Origin: Candidatus Kapaibacterium sp. | GTDB lineage: Bacteria > Bacteroidota > Ignavibacteria > Kapaibacteriales > Kapaibacteriaceae | Reading direction: 5' to 3' | Assembly (NCBI GenBank): GCA_018882585.1 | Contig: VFFB01000001.1 | Span: 1,793-65,792, forward strand | DNA length: 64,000 bases | In this document: positions 17,579 to 27,454 of the stretch, in pieces | How the letters are laid out: every line of letters starts with the position of its first letter | Position numbering within the stretch: the first letter of the stretch is position 1 | Notes under the pieces: model-generated | The model's input: only the letters and a program-made list of their open reading frames with translations | Databases searched by the model: none | What the model was told of the DNA's origin: nothing | Made by a program: the position numbers and the translations under genes

Positions 17579-18616
17579 ATGGCCGAGCGACGAAATCCGA
17601 TGACGAATCAGGGCAAAGGCGACGACGATGTCGACGTCTCGCTGCGTCCGTCATCCTTCGACGACTTCACTGGCCAGGCCAAAATCGTCGAGAACCTCAA
17701 GATCTTCATTGCTGCTGCACGCGGCCGCGGCGAAGCGCTGGACCACGTCCTGCTGACCGGTCCGCCGGGACTTGGCAAGACGACGCTGAGCTTCATCATC
17801 GCCCGCGAGATGGGCGCCCAGATCAAGATCACCTCGGGCCCCGTCCTTGAAAAGCCGGGCGACCTGGCAGGTCTGCTGACAAGTCTGGACTCGGGCGACA
17901 TCCTGTTCATCGATGAGATCCACCGTCTGTCGCCCGTGGTCGAAGAATACCTGTATTCGGCCATGGAGGACTTCCGGCTGGACATCATGATCGACTCTGG
18001 TCCGTCGGCCCGGTCCATCCAGCTGGCCCTGCCCCGCTTCACCCTTGTTGGCGCTACGACGCGGCAGGGGTTGCTCACAGCCCCCTTACGATCCCGCTTT
18101 GGTGTGGTGAACCGGCTGGAGTATTACGAGCCCGAGGAGTTGCAGCGTGTGGTGACGCGCTCTGCCGCATTACTTGACGCACCGATCGACGATGACGGTG
18201 CGGCCGAGATCGCGCGCCGCAGCCGGGGCACGCCGCGCATAGCCAACCGGCTGCTGCGGCGCACACGCGACTTTGCCGACGTCAAGGGTCGCGGTGTGAT
18301 CACGCGCGACATCGCGCGCGTCGCCTTGGCGGCACTCGAAGTCGACGAATTCGGTCTTGACGACATGGACGCCCGCATTCTGTCGGCCGTGATCGACAAG
18401 TTCCAGGGTGGTCCTGTGGGCATCTCGACCATTGCCGTTGCCGTAGGCGAAGATGCCGGCACCCTTGAAGAGGTCTATGAGCCCTTCCTGATCCAGCAGG
18501 GGTTTCTGCAGCGCACGCCGCGCGGACGCGTGGCAACACCGGCCGCCTATCGGCACCTTGGCGTGACACGTCCGGACGACCGCATGGGCCTGTTTGGCGA
18601 GGCCGACACACATTGA
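17579..18616 (+). CDS. ruvB: Holliday junction branch migration helicase RuvB.
   Basis: Walker [10 protein letters not shown], Walker [11 protein letters not shown], sensor motifs and a winged-helix C-terminus. I chose ATG 17579, directly after the upstream stop. The ORF-track 5' extension from 17306 overlaps the preceding gene. Confidence 0.9.
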   Translation: MAERRNPMTNQGKGDDDVDVSLRPSSFDDFTGQAKIVENLKIFIAAARGRGEALDHVLLTGPPGLGKTTLSFIIAREMGAQIKITSGPVLEKPGDLAGLLTSLDSGDILFIDEIHRLSPVVEEYLYSAMEDFRLDIMIDSGPSARSIQLALPRFTLVGATTRQGLLTAPLRSRFGVVNRLEYYEPEELQRVVTRSAALLDAPIDDDGAAEIARRSRGTPRIANRLLRRTRDFADVKGRGVITRDIARVALAALEVDEFGLDDMDARILSAVIDKFQGGPVGISTIAVAVGEDAGTLEEVYEPFLIQQGFLQRTPRGRVATPAAYRHLGVTRPDDRMGLFGEADTH

Positions 18617-18639
18617 CAATTTTGCATCAAGGATACCCT

Positions 18640-19479
18640 ATGACAACCACATCACGCATCACGGGCATTGTAGCTATGAGCCTTGCCCTTGTCGTTGCCA
18701 TCATCATCATTTCGGGCACCGGAACGGCGCCTGCCGTGGCCATGACGGGCACCAGCAAACTTGGCACGCCCTCGCACGTGCAGCTCACGGTCAAGGACCT
18801 CATCACGTCGATGGCCTGGTACGCCAAGATCGGCTTCTCGCCCATCACCGGCCCGGTGAACAAGCCCGATTCCATCCTGTACATGAGCGACGGACAGCTG
18901 GTACTTGCGCTGGTCAAGGGCGATGCTCCGTCACCACTGCTTGTATTGCGGTCATCGAACCTTCGGGCTCTGCGCGACTCGCTCGACGAGCTCGAGATCT
19001 CGTCTGGCTTCAAGCTTCGCGGCCCCACCTACTCCGAGCTCCAGGTGGCATCACCTTCGGGCGTCCTGATGAGCATCCGTCTTTCCACCGAAGAAGACTC
19101 CATTGCCTTTGCGCAGGCGATCAACCCCATTTGCGGTCCACTCGCCGAACTCAGCGTCGCCACCATGTCCCTGCCCAACGAGCGCACCTTCTGGGAACTC
19201 GTCGGATGGAAGCAGGTCGATGCCAACGATACGCCCTATCCCTTCGCCGTCATGTCTGACGGACGTCTGAAGATTGGCATCCACCAGGGAATTGACCTGC
19301 CCGGCATTGCCATCACGTACTTCAGTGCCGACGCAGCCCAACGCGTCGAGCGTCTGAAGGCCATGGGCATGACCTTCGAGCCTGACATGGTGTCGGACGC
19401 CATGAAGAACGACAACGCCGTCCTCAAGTCACCCGACGGCCAACTCGTCTTCGTGTTCAAGGACCCAAAGGCGAAGTGA
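18640..19479 (+). CDS. Tandem-domain VOC (glyoxalase/bleomycin-resistance/dioxygenase) family protein with an N-terminal signal or anchor.
   Basis: Two repeats of the VOC pattern (HVQLTVKDLITSMAWYAKIGF... and a second half LKIGIHQG...). Hydrophobic N-terminus ITGIVAMSLALVVAIIIISG. Confidence 0.55.
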   Translation: MTTTSRITGIVAMSLALVVAIIIISGTGTAPAVAMTGTSKLGTPSHVQLTVKDLITSMAWYAKIGFSPITGPVNKPDSILYMSDGQLVLALVKGDAPSPLLVLRSSNLRALRDSLDELEISSGFKLRGPTYSELQVASPSGVLMSIRLSTEEDSIAFAQAINPICGPLAELSVATMSLPNERTFWELVGWKQVDANDTPYPFAVMSDGRLKIGIHQGIDLPGIAITYFSADAAQRVERLKAMGMTFEPDMVSDAMKNDNAVLKSPDGQLVFVFKDPKAK

Positions 19480-19517
19480 TTCGGGTATCGCATACGGCGT
19501 TCCTCGGGCATCATGTA

Positions 19518-19543
19518 CCCCGGGCTGGCGCTGGCGCCCGGGG
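19518..19543. terminator. GC hairpin (8-bp stem CCCCGGGC / GCCCGGGG) between convergent genes; possible bidirectional terminator.
   Basis: Perfect inverted repeat seen in the sequence, in the 134-nt gap between the VOC gene (+) and the ATPase gene (-). No T-tract follows, so it is weak as a canonical rho-independent terminator. Confidence 0.3.
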
Positions 19544-19613
19544 CTAGTGTCATTACGCCCCTTCAGGGATCACGAAGGGTTGCCGTAAGGATGATCGCGG
19601 ACCTTCGTTCTAC

Positions 19614-20789
19614 CTAGAACCTCGCAGCAACTTCCAGCAGCAGATCATGCAGCGGGATGGCCTCGATGTTTTCTCGGATTCTGTAGCGTTGAGTTCCCGG
19701 ATAGACGACCATGGATCGCTGAGGCGTCAAATCTTTGATTGCCTCATGGAATCCTCGTCGTGGGGTCGGCACCGAGTTACGCTTCACCTCGATCGCCCAT
19801 TGTTCTCCATCGCTGAATCGGAGCAGCACATCAACCTCTGCACCGGCAGAGGTGCGGTAGAATGATATCTCGACGTTTCCTCTGCCGACGGCACTCAGCT
19901 GCTGAACGACGAATCCCTCCCAGCTGCTGCCGATCGAAGGATGCCCCGTTAGCTCGTCGTACGTTCTAATGCCCAGCAGCGCATGCAGTAGGCCACTATC
20001 TCGTATGTACACCTTGGGGCGCTTGGTCAGCCGTTTGCCGATGTTGACATGCCACGGCTGAACGACGCGGATCAGCAGAAGCTGCTCCAGCAGGTTAACG
20101 TAGGCCTGGATCGTTTTGAAATCCACGCCGATGCTTCTTGCCAGCATCGACGCGTTCAGGACCTGCCCTTGCAGGTGGGCCAGCATGGTCCACAGCTGTC
20201 GCATCTGCTCAGTCGAGCGGCGCGGCGCAAACTGAGGCACCTCGCGCTCGAGGTACGTCCTGATGAAGTCCATTCGCCAGGCGTGACTCGACTCGGTCGT
20301 TGTCGCAAGCACCGAGTCCGGATAGCCACCCCGCAGCCACAGCGTCGTGGTCACCTCCGGCGTTATCTCCCCCATTTCGAGTAGACAGAGCGGATGCAGT
20401 TCGAGATAGCTGACACGCCCGGCCAATGATTCAGCAGACCGGTCAAGAAGTTCGATCGACGCCGACCCCAGCAAGAGATACATTCCGCCTCGAATGCCGC
20501 GGCGGCGTCCCTCGTCGATCCGTCCGCGCAGAATCGGGAACAAGTCCGGCACCCGATGTATCTCATCCAGGACCAACAGCGATCCGATACAATCACTGAG
20601 ATAGGCCTCCGGGTCCGACAGCTTTGCCCGGTCGATCGGGCTTTCAAGGTCAAGGTACATCCCACCGCGCTCCTCCGCGATGGCTCGGGCCAACGTCGTC
20701 TTGCCAACCTGCCGCGAACCAAGCAGCACCACGGCCGGTACGTTCTCGAGGCGTGATGTCAACTGTGTAGCAATCAAACGATCTTTCAT
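19614..20789 (-). CDS. AAA+ ATPase of the DUF4143/COG1373 family.
   Basis: Walker A GSRQVGKTT and Walker B LLVLDEIH, with a C-terminal DUF4143-like region. Length 391 aa. Confidence 0.8.
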   Translation of the reverse strand: MKDRLIATQLTSRLENVPAVVLLGSRQVGKTTLARAIAEERGGMYLDLESPIDRAKLSDPEAYLSDCIGSLLVLDEIHRVPDLFPILRGRIDEGRRRGIRGGMYLLLGSASIELLDRSAESLAGRVSYLELHPLCLLEMGEITPEVTTTLWLRGGYPDSVLATTTESSHAWRMDFIRTYLEREVPQFAPRRSTEQMRQLWTMLAHLQGQVLNASMLARSIGVDFKTIQAYVNLLEQLLLIRVVQPWHVNIGKRLTKRPKVYIRDSGLLHALLGIRTYDELTGHPSIGSSWEGFVVQQLSAVGRGNVEISFYRTSAGAEVDVLLRFSDGEQWAIEVKRNSVPTPRRGFHEAIKDLTPQRSMVVYPGTQRYRIRENIEAIPLHDLLLEVAARF

Positions 20790-20854
20790 CCTTGTAATTT
20801 AGGAACCAGATTCCTGTTTTACAAGGATGCAGGCATCGGTGTTCGTTAGGTAGG

Positions 20855-20893
20855 GGCGACCCAACGTGGTCGCCCGACCCAACGCGGTCGCCC
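20855..20893. repeat. Two tandem near-identical hairpin units: GGCGACC-caacgt-GGTCGCC, then CGACC-caacgc-GGTCG.
   Basis: Direct repeat of an 18-20-nt palindromic unit, seen in the sequence. It lies at the boundary between the host-GC ATPase gene and the low-GC islet. Confidence 0.45.
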
Positions 20894-21032
20894 TATCGGT
20901 TCCGGCATGGAAAGCCAGACAACTTCATGGCTGTGGTGTTTGCAAAGTCCTTTAGCGTCATATATTTTAGCTCGACGTCGGGGGTAGGGATGTCTTCCCC
21001 AAAAATTTTTCAATGTATGTAGGGAGTTTAGG

Positions 21033-21191
21033 ATGAACAGGTTTCTCGTTCTCGTTGCGCCTCTGGCGCTCTTCGTTGCGTGTTCAGTGAACAGCCTGGC
21101 GCCGACCAGCATGTCGCCGTTCGACAACTCACAGTTGGGCGGGGGGGGTACTAGAAGCCATCCCATGGAGACAATCTGCGAACGCGCTTGA
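21033..21191 (+). CDS. Short lipoprotein-like ORF (52 aa) containing a G8 homopolymer; possibly a remnant.
   Basis: SD-like AGGGAG lies 10 nt upstream. MNRFLVLVAPLALFVACS is a lipoprotein signal with a Cys lipobox. A G8 run at 21141-21148 is in-frame (LGGGGT). The ORF is only 52 aa. Confidence 0.25.
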   Translation: MNRFLVLVAPLALFVACSVNSLAPTSMSPFDNSQLGGGGTRSHPMETICERA

Positions 21192-21285
21192 TTCTATTGG
21201 CGGCTATCACAATCGTGCGCTGGCTTATCTCGTCGGGCAAGGGTACTACCATAGCGGCACCACTAGAGATACACTTGCGAAGGGG

Positions 21286-21999
21286 TTGGCGATGTTTGCT
21301 ATTGATTTTTCAGATACCGACACAATTGATATTGGCCAGCTAGGTTCACTTCAGGCATCTGCCCGGGTTCTGCTTGATTACATCGACTCAGCATTGGCAA
21401 ACTCCACACCAAGCAGCAGGATCAGTTCATACACAGAATCGCAGGAGATGCGAGACGTGTTGGTACGACTAGCAAGTGGAATATCGCGATCCGACTTCCT
21501 CGTTTTTGCTGACTCGTTGACGATGGCCGTGAATAACTCGAACGTCAACGAGGGAGATAAGCGCCGAGCCCTACCCGCTATTAGCGTGGCATATCGATCA
21601 TGGGTGTATTGGTCATGCGTACTTGAACCTGTGAAGGCTGCAAGCGTCCGCTCGACCAGTCCCGTAGTCAGCGGTCTCGACAGTACTCGGGCGCAGCGAC
21701 TACTCTCACTTGTCAACGCTGATTTAGCTTCAGGTTTGATAGGGGGTGCATCGGCGGGTCTCGCGGAAGGCGCAGCAGGCGCCGTCATTGGGGCGTTTGC
21801 TGGTGGTCTGGGAGCTGGGCCTGGTTTCGTCGCAGGTTTTACCCACGGTTTCATGAGTGGAATGCTTGGCGGAGCAGTTGGGGGGTCAGCTGCCGAGGCG
21901 ACGAAGCCACCATCTGACTCACCCCAACCACGCTCGGACGAAACGTGCAAATGCAATTGTTGTAAAGGTGGAAAGCAGCAAGGAGGAAACAAACCATGA
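21286..21999 (+). CDS. Glycine-zipper, bacteriocin-like hypothetical protein (237 aa) with a CxCxCC tail. It sits in a low-GC islet.
   Basis: GC is about 50% against a genome average near 65%. The C-terminal segment GLIGGASAGLAEGAAGAVIGAFAGGLGAGPGFVAGFTHGFMSGMLGGAVGG is a GxxxG zipper. The protein ends CKCNCCKGGKQQGGNKP. It is translationally coupled (ATGA) to a downstream 2-TM ORF. Confidence 0.5.
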   Translation: MAMFAIDFSDTDTIDIGQLGSLQASARVLLDYIDSALANSTPSSRISSYTESQEMRDVLVRLASGISRSDFLVFADSLTMAVNNSNVNEGDKRRALPAISVAYRSWVYWSCVLEPVKAASVRSTSPVVSGLDSTRAQRLLSLVNADLASGLIGGASAGLAEGAAGAVIGAFAGGLGAGPGFVAGFTHGFMSGMLGGAVGGSAAEATKPPSDSPQPRSDETCKCNCCKGGKQQGGNKP

Positions 22000-22244
22000 G
22001 TATCGAGACACCAACTTCCAATCCCGATCCTGTGTCCCAGCGAACATCGCAGCAACGTCAGCGATTGATCGTACGTGTCGTGGCGATTTTATGCGCTGTA
22101 GCGAGCATGTCGATTGTGTGTATTGCATTTACGACGAGCTGGATCGCAGATTTGCCAATTGTCTTGAAGGTCTTCATGTTACTCTGCCTTTTCGCCCTTG
22201 CCCTATATGGGCGTGGAGTTGCTCGCAAACTCGCTCGCAGATAA
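21996..22244 (+). CDS. Small 2-TM membrane protein (82 aa); putative immunity partner.
   Basis: ATGA overlap with the upstream gene. Two hydrophobic helices (LIVRVVAILCAVASMSIVCIAF and LPIVLKVFMLLCLFALALY). Same low-GC composition. Confidence 0.45.
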   Translation: MSIETPTSNPDPVSQRTSQQRQRLIVRVVAILCAVASMSIVCIAFTTSWIADLPIVLKVFMLLCLFALALYGRGVARKLARR

Positions 22245-22295
22245 CATGTCGTTTCCTTGATTCAAGCTCAGCTTCACCATCGTAAGATTCGGATC

Positions 22296-22338
22296 TCGAG
22301 GCCTCGGCTAAGCAACAACCGAGGCCTCGATTTGCTGG
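22296..22338 (+). terminator. Rho-independent terminator-like hairpin: perfect 12-bp stem TCGAGGCCTCGG / CCGAGGCCTCGA with an 11-nt loop, followed by ATTTGCTGG.
   Basis: Perfect inverted repeat seen 52 nt after the 2-TM ORF stop, with a T-containing tail. Confidence 0.45.
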
Positions 22339-22485
22339 TAAACGAAAGCGAAGAATGCTGCCAGGCCTTCGTGCTCAACTGATACAACTCTCGTGCGTAA
22401 GCCACGGGCATAGGCTATGTGTTCCCGCCCCGCCGGTCCGTACCTTTGCAGTCGATCAATCCACTGCAACCAGCATCAGCCGACT

Positions 22486-23952
22486 ATGTCCAAAGAGATA
22501 ACCTCCCGCGCCGACGATTATTCGCAATGGTACATCGACCTTGTCCGTAAGGCCGGTCTTGCCGACTATTCGGCCGTGAAAGGCTGCATGGTGATCAAGC
22601 CGTATGGCTTCTCCATCTGGGAGAACATGCGCGACACACTGGATAAGATGTTCAAGGACACAGGGCACACGAATGCCTACTTCCCGCTGTTCATTCCCAA
22701 GAGCTTCCTCAGCAAAGAGGCTGCACACGTCGAGGGCTTCGCCAAGGAATGCGCCGTGGTCACGCACTACCGTCTGAAGAATGCCGACGATGGCTCGGGC
22801 GTGGTGGTGGATCCCGAGGCCAAACTCGAAGAGGAACTCATCGTACGTCCGACGTCGGAGACGATCATCTGGAATACGTACCGCGACTGGATACAGTCGT
22901 ACCGCGACCTGCCCCTGCTGATCAACCAGTGGGCCAACGTTGTACGCTGGGAGATGCGTACGCGCCTATTCCTGCGTACCGCGGAATTCCTGTGGCAGGA
23001 AGGCCATACGGCACATGCCACACGCGAAGAGGCCATCGAAGAGACACGCAAGATGCTCGACGTGTATGCAACGTTTGCCGAAGAGTGGATGGCCATGCCC
23101 GTGATCAAGGGCGTGAAGACGCCGAACGAGCGCTTTGCCGGAGCAGAAGACACGTACTGCATCGAAGCCCTGATGCAGGACGGCAAGGCCCTGCAAGCTG
23201 GTACATCGCACTTCCTTGGACAGAACTTCGCCAAGGCCTTCGACGTCAAGTTCAGCACGAACGATAATCAACTCGATTACGTCTGGGCAACGTCATGGGG
23301 TGTGTCGACACGTCTGATGGGCGCCCTTGTGATGGCCCACTCCGACGATGAAGGACTGATCATTCCGCCCAAGCTGGCACCAATCCACGTGGTGATCGTG
23401 CCCATTCCCAAGCCGCTGCCCGAACTTGACGAAGCAGCCACGAGCATCGCCACGGAACTGCGCGCCCGCGGAATCCGCGTCAAGATCGACACCGACGACC
23501 AGAATCGCCCCGGCTACAAGTTTGCCGAGTACGAGAAGATCGGCATCCCCGTCCGTCTGGGGCTTGGCGCCCGCGACCTTGCCAACGGTACGATCGAAGT
23601 TGCACGACGCGACAACAAAACCAAAGAGTCTGTGCCGCTGGCAGGACTTGCCGACCACGTCGAAGCCCTGCTTGCCGACATCCAGCGCAGTATGTTCGAG
23701 CGTGCAAAAACGTACCGCGACCAGCATATCACGTCTGTTGACTCATGGGACGAATTCGTCCGTGTGCTTGATGAACAAGGGGGCTTTGTGGCCGCTCATT
23801 GGGATGGCACAACCGAGACCGAAGTGGCCATCAAGGAAGCGACGAAGGCAACCATCCGCTGTATCCCTCTCGACAATCCTCAGGAAGACGGCGTATGCGT
23901 GATGACGGGCAAGCCAAGCTCGCAGCGCGTGCTCTTTGCACGTGCCTATTGA
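22486..23952 (+). CDS. proS: Prolyl-tRNA synthetase, archaeal/eukaryote-like class II form.
   Basis: The [30 protein letters not shown]-terminus is typical of the short ProRS form of about 490 aa. Class II motifs and an anticodon-binding domain are present. I chose the ATG at 22486. The ORF-track extension from 22417 adds a non-conserved leader. Confidence 0.9.
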   Translation: MSKEITSRADDYSQWYIDLVRKAGLADYSAVKGCMVIKPYGFSIWENMRDTLDKMFKDTGHTNAYFPLFIPKSFLSKEAAHVEGFAKECAVVTHYRLKNADDGSGVVVDPEAKLEEELIVRPTSETIIWNTYRDWIQSYRDLPLLINQWANVVRWEMRTRLFLRTAEFLWQEGHTAHATREEAIEETRKMLDVYATFAEEWMAMPVIKGVKTPNERFAGAEDTYCIEALMQDGKALQAGTSHFLGQNFAKAFDVKFSTNDNQLDYVWATSWGVSTRLMGALVMAHSDDEGLIIPPKLAPIHVVIVPIPKPLPELDEAATSIATELRARGIRVKIDTDDQNRPGYKFAEYEKIGIPVRLGLGARDLANGTIEVARRDNKTKESVPLAGLADHVEALLADIQRSMFERAKTYRDQHITSVDSWDEFVRVLDEQGGFVAAHWDGTTETEVAIKEATKATIRCIPLDNPQEDGVCVMTGKPSSQRVLFARAY

Positions 23953-24833
23953 TCATCGCCACAGGCTGCGCGTCGGTCCGCCAGGAACTGCCGAACACGG
24001 ACGTCTACCTTGCTGACTTCGACGCTGCCGCAGGCAGCGTGCGCAACGTGCGGAATATCACGGCTCGGCCGGGGTACGACAATCAAGCGTCGTTCGCCGA
24101 AGGCGACAGCATGGTGTACTTCGTCTCGGATCGTACGGGCGGCACCGACGTGTATCGCTACGAGCCGGCCACAGGCATGACCACACGCGTGACGTTCACG
24201 CCGGATCAGGAGTTCTCGCCTACGGCCATGACCGACGGACGGTCCTTCTCGGCCATACGCGTGCGCAAGCCAGATGCGTCCGACGAGGCGTACACGAACT
24301 CGCAACAGCTGTGGCGCTACGAACTGTCCGGACGTCCCGTTGCACCCGTCAACGGCCTGAACCGCATCGGTTATCACTGCTGGCTTGGCGGCAACACCGT
24401 TGCCATGTTCATCGTGGGTGACGACGATGCCAAACGTCCGCACACGCTTGTGCTGTACGACCTGGTGTCGCGCATTACATCGACGATCGCATCCAACATC
24501 GGACGGTCGCTGCAACACATGCCCGACGGACGTCTGTCGTTCGTTGACAAGTCCGACACCACATCATGGATGCTCTCGGCCGTCGGCGCCTCGGGTTCGG
24601 GCATTGCCCCCCTCGTGACCATGCCAAAGGGCAGCGAGGATGTGTGTTGGCTGCCCGACGGAATGGCGCTGACCACGGAGGGGGCTGATATTCTTGGCTG
24701 GAAGCCGCCAATGAAGACGTGGCGCATTGTGGCCTCGATACCATCTGCCAACGGCCCAGTCTCGCGGCTGCGGACGGATGCAACAGGCAAGCGTATCGTG
24801 TTCAGTGTACTAGAGCCGACACAGGGTCGATAG
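23895..24833 (+). CDS. Lipoprotein with a TolB-like/WD40-like beta-propeller.
   Basis: ATG at 23895 gives [27 protein letters not shown], with lipobox ATGC. This start overlaps the proS 3' end by 58 nt. Propeller-type repeats follow ([16 protein letters not shown], tolerant turns). Confidence 0.5.
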   Translation: MRDDGQAKLAARALCTCLLIIATGCASVRQELPNTDVYLADFDAAAGSVRNVRNITARPGYDNQASFAEGDSMVYFVSDRTGGTDVYRYEPATGMTTRVTFTPDQEFSPTAMTDGRSFSAIRVRKPDASDEAYTNSQQLWRYELSGRPVAPVNGLNRIGYHCWLGGNTVAMFIVGDDDAKRPHTLVLYDLVSRITSTIASNIGRSLQHMPDGRLSFVDKSDTTSWMLSAVGASGSGIAPLVTMPKGSEDVCWLPDGMALTTEGADILGWKPPMKTWRIVASIPSANGPVSRLRTDATGKRIVFSVLEPTQGR

Positions 24834-25126
24834 CACGCTGGTACGCTGCAACACGCGTACAATGGTTGCTTTTGATTTCTACCATCGAGCGCCTGATGCC
24901 TAGTCATGCTACGGGCCGAGGCCAGCACACTGCAGTCGGCAGACAGGATTGTTCCCTCGGCAGTGGGACATGCAGCGTCCGACACGTTTGCCACCGCCCA
25001 GGCAAGTCACACACTGCGTTGACGGGTCATACTGAACGCGTCGTTGCGCCCACTTTGCCACCATGCACATTGTGTGAGCATGGGGCCTGACAAATCTTCG
25101 CGTGCGTCACGGCGCACATCGTGGGA

Positions 25127-25504
25127 TCATGCTTCGGTGTACAGCGTCGAGTTGTCGACGTAGATCAGATAATCCTTGATCTTGCCGTCGACCATGTTGA
25201 AGACGTTGGCAAACGGCACGGCAAGCGTCGAACCGCTGTGACGCGTGTAGGTCACGGTTCCCTCCGTCAGCACAAATCCGTCACCTTCGCGCACCTGCAG
25301 ATTCAAGTGCTTGATGGCAGCGATGCTCTGGAACCAGCCTTCAAGGAAATTCACAATGTTGTCCTAGCCGACGACAGCGGGGTGATTCGCAAAGCGGAAC
25401 TGCGCATCGTCTGCCAGGAACTCGCCAAACAATACATGGTCCTTTGCGTCAATGCCGTTGAACAGCACGGAGAAGTCGGGATTTGCCATGGCGTGGTAGC
25501 TCAT
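25127..25504 (-). pseudogene. SnoaL-like/NTF2-like protein interrupted by one in-frame TAG at 25364-25366.
   Basis: ORFs 25364..25588 and 25127..25354 are in the same frame, separated only by TAG plus three sense codons. The joined sequence, FLADDAQFRFANHPAVVG*DNIVNFLEGWFQSIAAIKHLNLQVREGDGFVLTEGTVTYT...VDGKIKDYLIYVD, is a contiguous SnoaL-like fold. Confidence 0.45.
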
Positions 25505-25643
25505 TGAACTTGTGAAACATGTGGTGTGGTCAGGAAAACTACGCAGAGACCATCCGTATTCCGACCCACGGGTCAACATAATGTTCACATCCCCGACCCT
25601 CTGCCCCTAACTTGTCACGCCTGACTCGTACTTTTGTGGTCTT

Positions 25644-27443
25644 ATGCAACACTTCCGAAACTTCTGCATCATCGCCCACATCGACCACGGCAAGTCTACC
25701 CTTGCCGACCGATTGCTGGAGCGCACCGGCCGAGTGACCAAGCGCGAGATGGTGTACAACCAGATCCTCGACGACAACCCCCTCGAACAAGAACGCGGCA
25801 TCACGATCAAACTCCACGCCATCCAGATGGCGCATAAGGACGCAGACGGTAACGAGTACTGTCTGAATCTGATCGACACGCCCGGCCACGTCGACTTTTC
25901 GTACGAGGTCTCCCGCTCCCTCTCGGCCTGCGAAGGGGCATTGTTGGTCGTGGATGCAACACAAGGCGTCGAGGCGCAGACGATATCAAATCTGTTCATG
26001 GCCATCGACCAAGGACTCGAGATCATTCCCGTGATCAACAAGATCGACCTTCCGAGTGCCGTCACCACGATCGACAATGTGAAGCAACAGGTGATCGACC
26101 TGATCGGCTGCAAGGAAGAGGATATGATCCTTGCCTCGGCAAAGGCCGGCATCGGCATCGACGAGATCCTCGACGCAGTGGTAAAGCGCATCCCGCCGCC
26201 AACGGGCGATCCCAAGAAGCCGCTGCGCGCGCTGATCTACGATTCGATCTTCGACTCGTACCGAGGCGTGATCGTGAACGTTCGCGTGTTCGACGGCGTA
26301 CTCCGCGAGAAAGACAAGATCCTGTTCATGGCCACAGGCCAGCAGTACGACGTCGACGAAGTGGGCGTGCTGCACATGCAGCGTCACCGTACCGGCGAAC
26401 TCTCGGCCGGCGACGTAGGCTACTTCACGGCCGCCATCCGGCGTCTGCAAGACACCAAGGTTGGCGACACCGTAACGTTGTCCGGCAATCGCTGCGCGTC
26501 TGCCATCGAAGGATTCCGCGAAGTGAAGCCCATGGTGTTTTCGGGCATCTATCCGGCAGACTCCGACGACTTCGAGGACCTGCGCGAAGCGCTGGGCAAG
26601 CTTACGCTGAACGACTCGGCGATCACCTTCGAGCCGGAATCGTCCACGGCACTGGGCTTTGGCTTCCGCTGCGGCTTCCTTGGTCTGCTCCACATGGAGA
26701 TCGTCCAGGAACGCCTCGAGCGCGAGTTCAACCAGGTGATCGTGACCACCGTGCCCAACGTGCGGTATCGCGTGGTAACAACGAAGGGCGAAGAACTGTG
26801 GGTCGACAATCCCGCACAGCTGCCGAATCCCACGTTGATCGAGTCGCTCGAAGAGCCCTTCATCCGGGCCCAGATCATTTCGCCCACGGAATACATCGGT
26901 GCCATCATGAAGCTCTGCATCGACCGTCGTGGCGTGATGCTTGGCCAGACCTACCTGTCGGCCGATCGCGTCGACATGACCTTCGAGCTGCCGCTGGCAG
27001 AGGTCGTGTTTGACTTCTACGACAAGCTCAAGAGCAATACCCGCGGCTATGCGTCGCTTGACTACGAGTACAGCGACTACAAGTCGGGCGACCTTGTAAG
27101 GATGGACATCCTGCTGAATGGCGACCAGGTCGATGCCCTGTCGTCGATCGTCCACCGTCAGAAAGCTCACGAGTGGGGCAAGAAGCTCTGCGTCAAGCTC
27201 AAGGAGCTCATCCCACGACAGATGTTCGAAGTGGCCATCCAGGCCGCGATCGGATCGAAGATCATCGCCCGCGAGTCCATCAGCGCCATCCGCAAGAACG
27301 TGCTTGCCAAATGTTACGGCGGCGACATCTCGCGTAAGCGCAAGCTCCTGGAAAAGCAGAAGGAAGGTAAGAAGCGCATGAAACAGGTTGGCCGCGTGGA
27401 GATCCCGCAGGAAGCCTTCCTCGCCGTTCTGTCCATCGACTAA
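25644..27443 (+). CDS. lepA: Translation elongation factor 4 (LepA).
   Basis: N-terminus [19 protein letters not shown] (G1), DTPGHVDF (G3) and NKID (G4). The LepA-specific C-terminal domain is present. Length 599 aa. Confidence 0.92.
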   Translation: MQHFRNFCIIAHIDHGKSTLADRLLERTGRVTKREMVYNQILDDNPLEQERGITIKLHAIQMAHKDADGNEYCLNLIDTPGHVDFSYEVSRSLSACEGALLVVDATQGVEAQTISNLFMAIDQGLEIIPVINKIDLPSAVTTIDNVKQQVIDLIGCKEEDMILASAKAGIGIDEILDAVVKRIPPPTGDPKKPLRALIYDSIFDSYRGVIVNVRVFDGVLREKDKILFMATGQQYDVDEVGVLHMQRHRTGELSAGDVGYFTAAIRRLQDTKVGDTVTLSGNRCASAIEGFREVKPMVFSGIYPADSDDFEDLREALGKLTLNDSAITFEPESSTALGFGFRCGFLGLLHMEIVQERLEREFNQVIVTTVPNVRYRVVTTKGEELWVDNPAQLPNPTLIESLEEPFIRAQIISPTEYIGAIMKLCIDRRGVMLGQTYLSADRVDMTFELPLAEVVFDFYDKLKSNTRGYASLDYEYSDYKSGDLVRMDILLNGDQVDALSSIVHRQKAHEWGKKLCVKLKELIPRQMFEVAIQAAIGSKIIARESISAIRKNVLAKCYGGDISRKRKLLEKQKEGKKRMKQVGRVEIPQEAFLAVLSID

Positions 27444-27454
27444 CCGATCACGCC

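Noticed and set aside
20855-20893. Possible CRISPR array.
   Set aside because: Only two repeat units, directly adjacent with no spacers. No cas genes and no longer array anywhere in the window.
20846-21166. 106-aa minus-strand ORF spanning the hairpin repeats and the low-GC spacer.
   Set aside because: It runs across palindromic repeats and the start and body of the lipoprotein-like mini-ORF. It is Pro/Arg/Trp-rich with no features, so it is most likely non-coding.
22417-22485. 5' extension of proS ([23 protein letters not shown]...).
   Set aside because: Non-conserved Cys-rich leader. The canonical ProRS N-terminus starts at MSKEITSR (22486).
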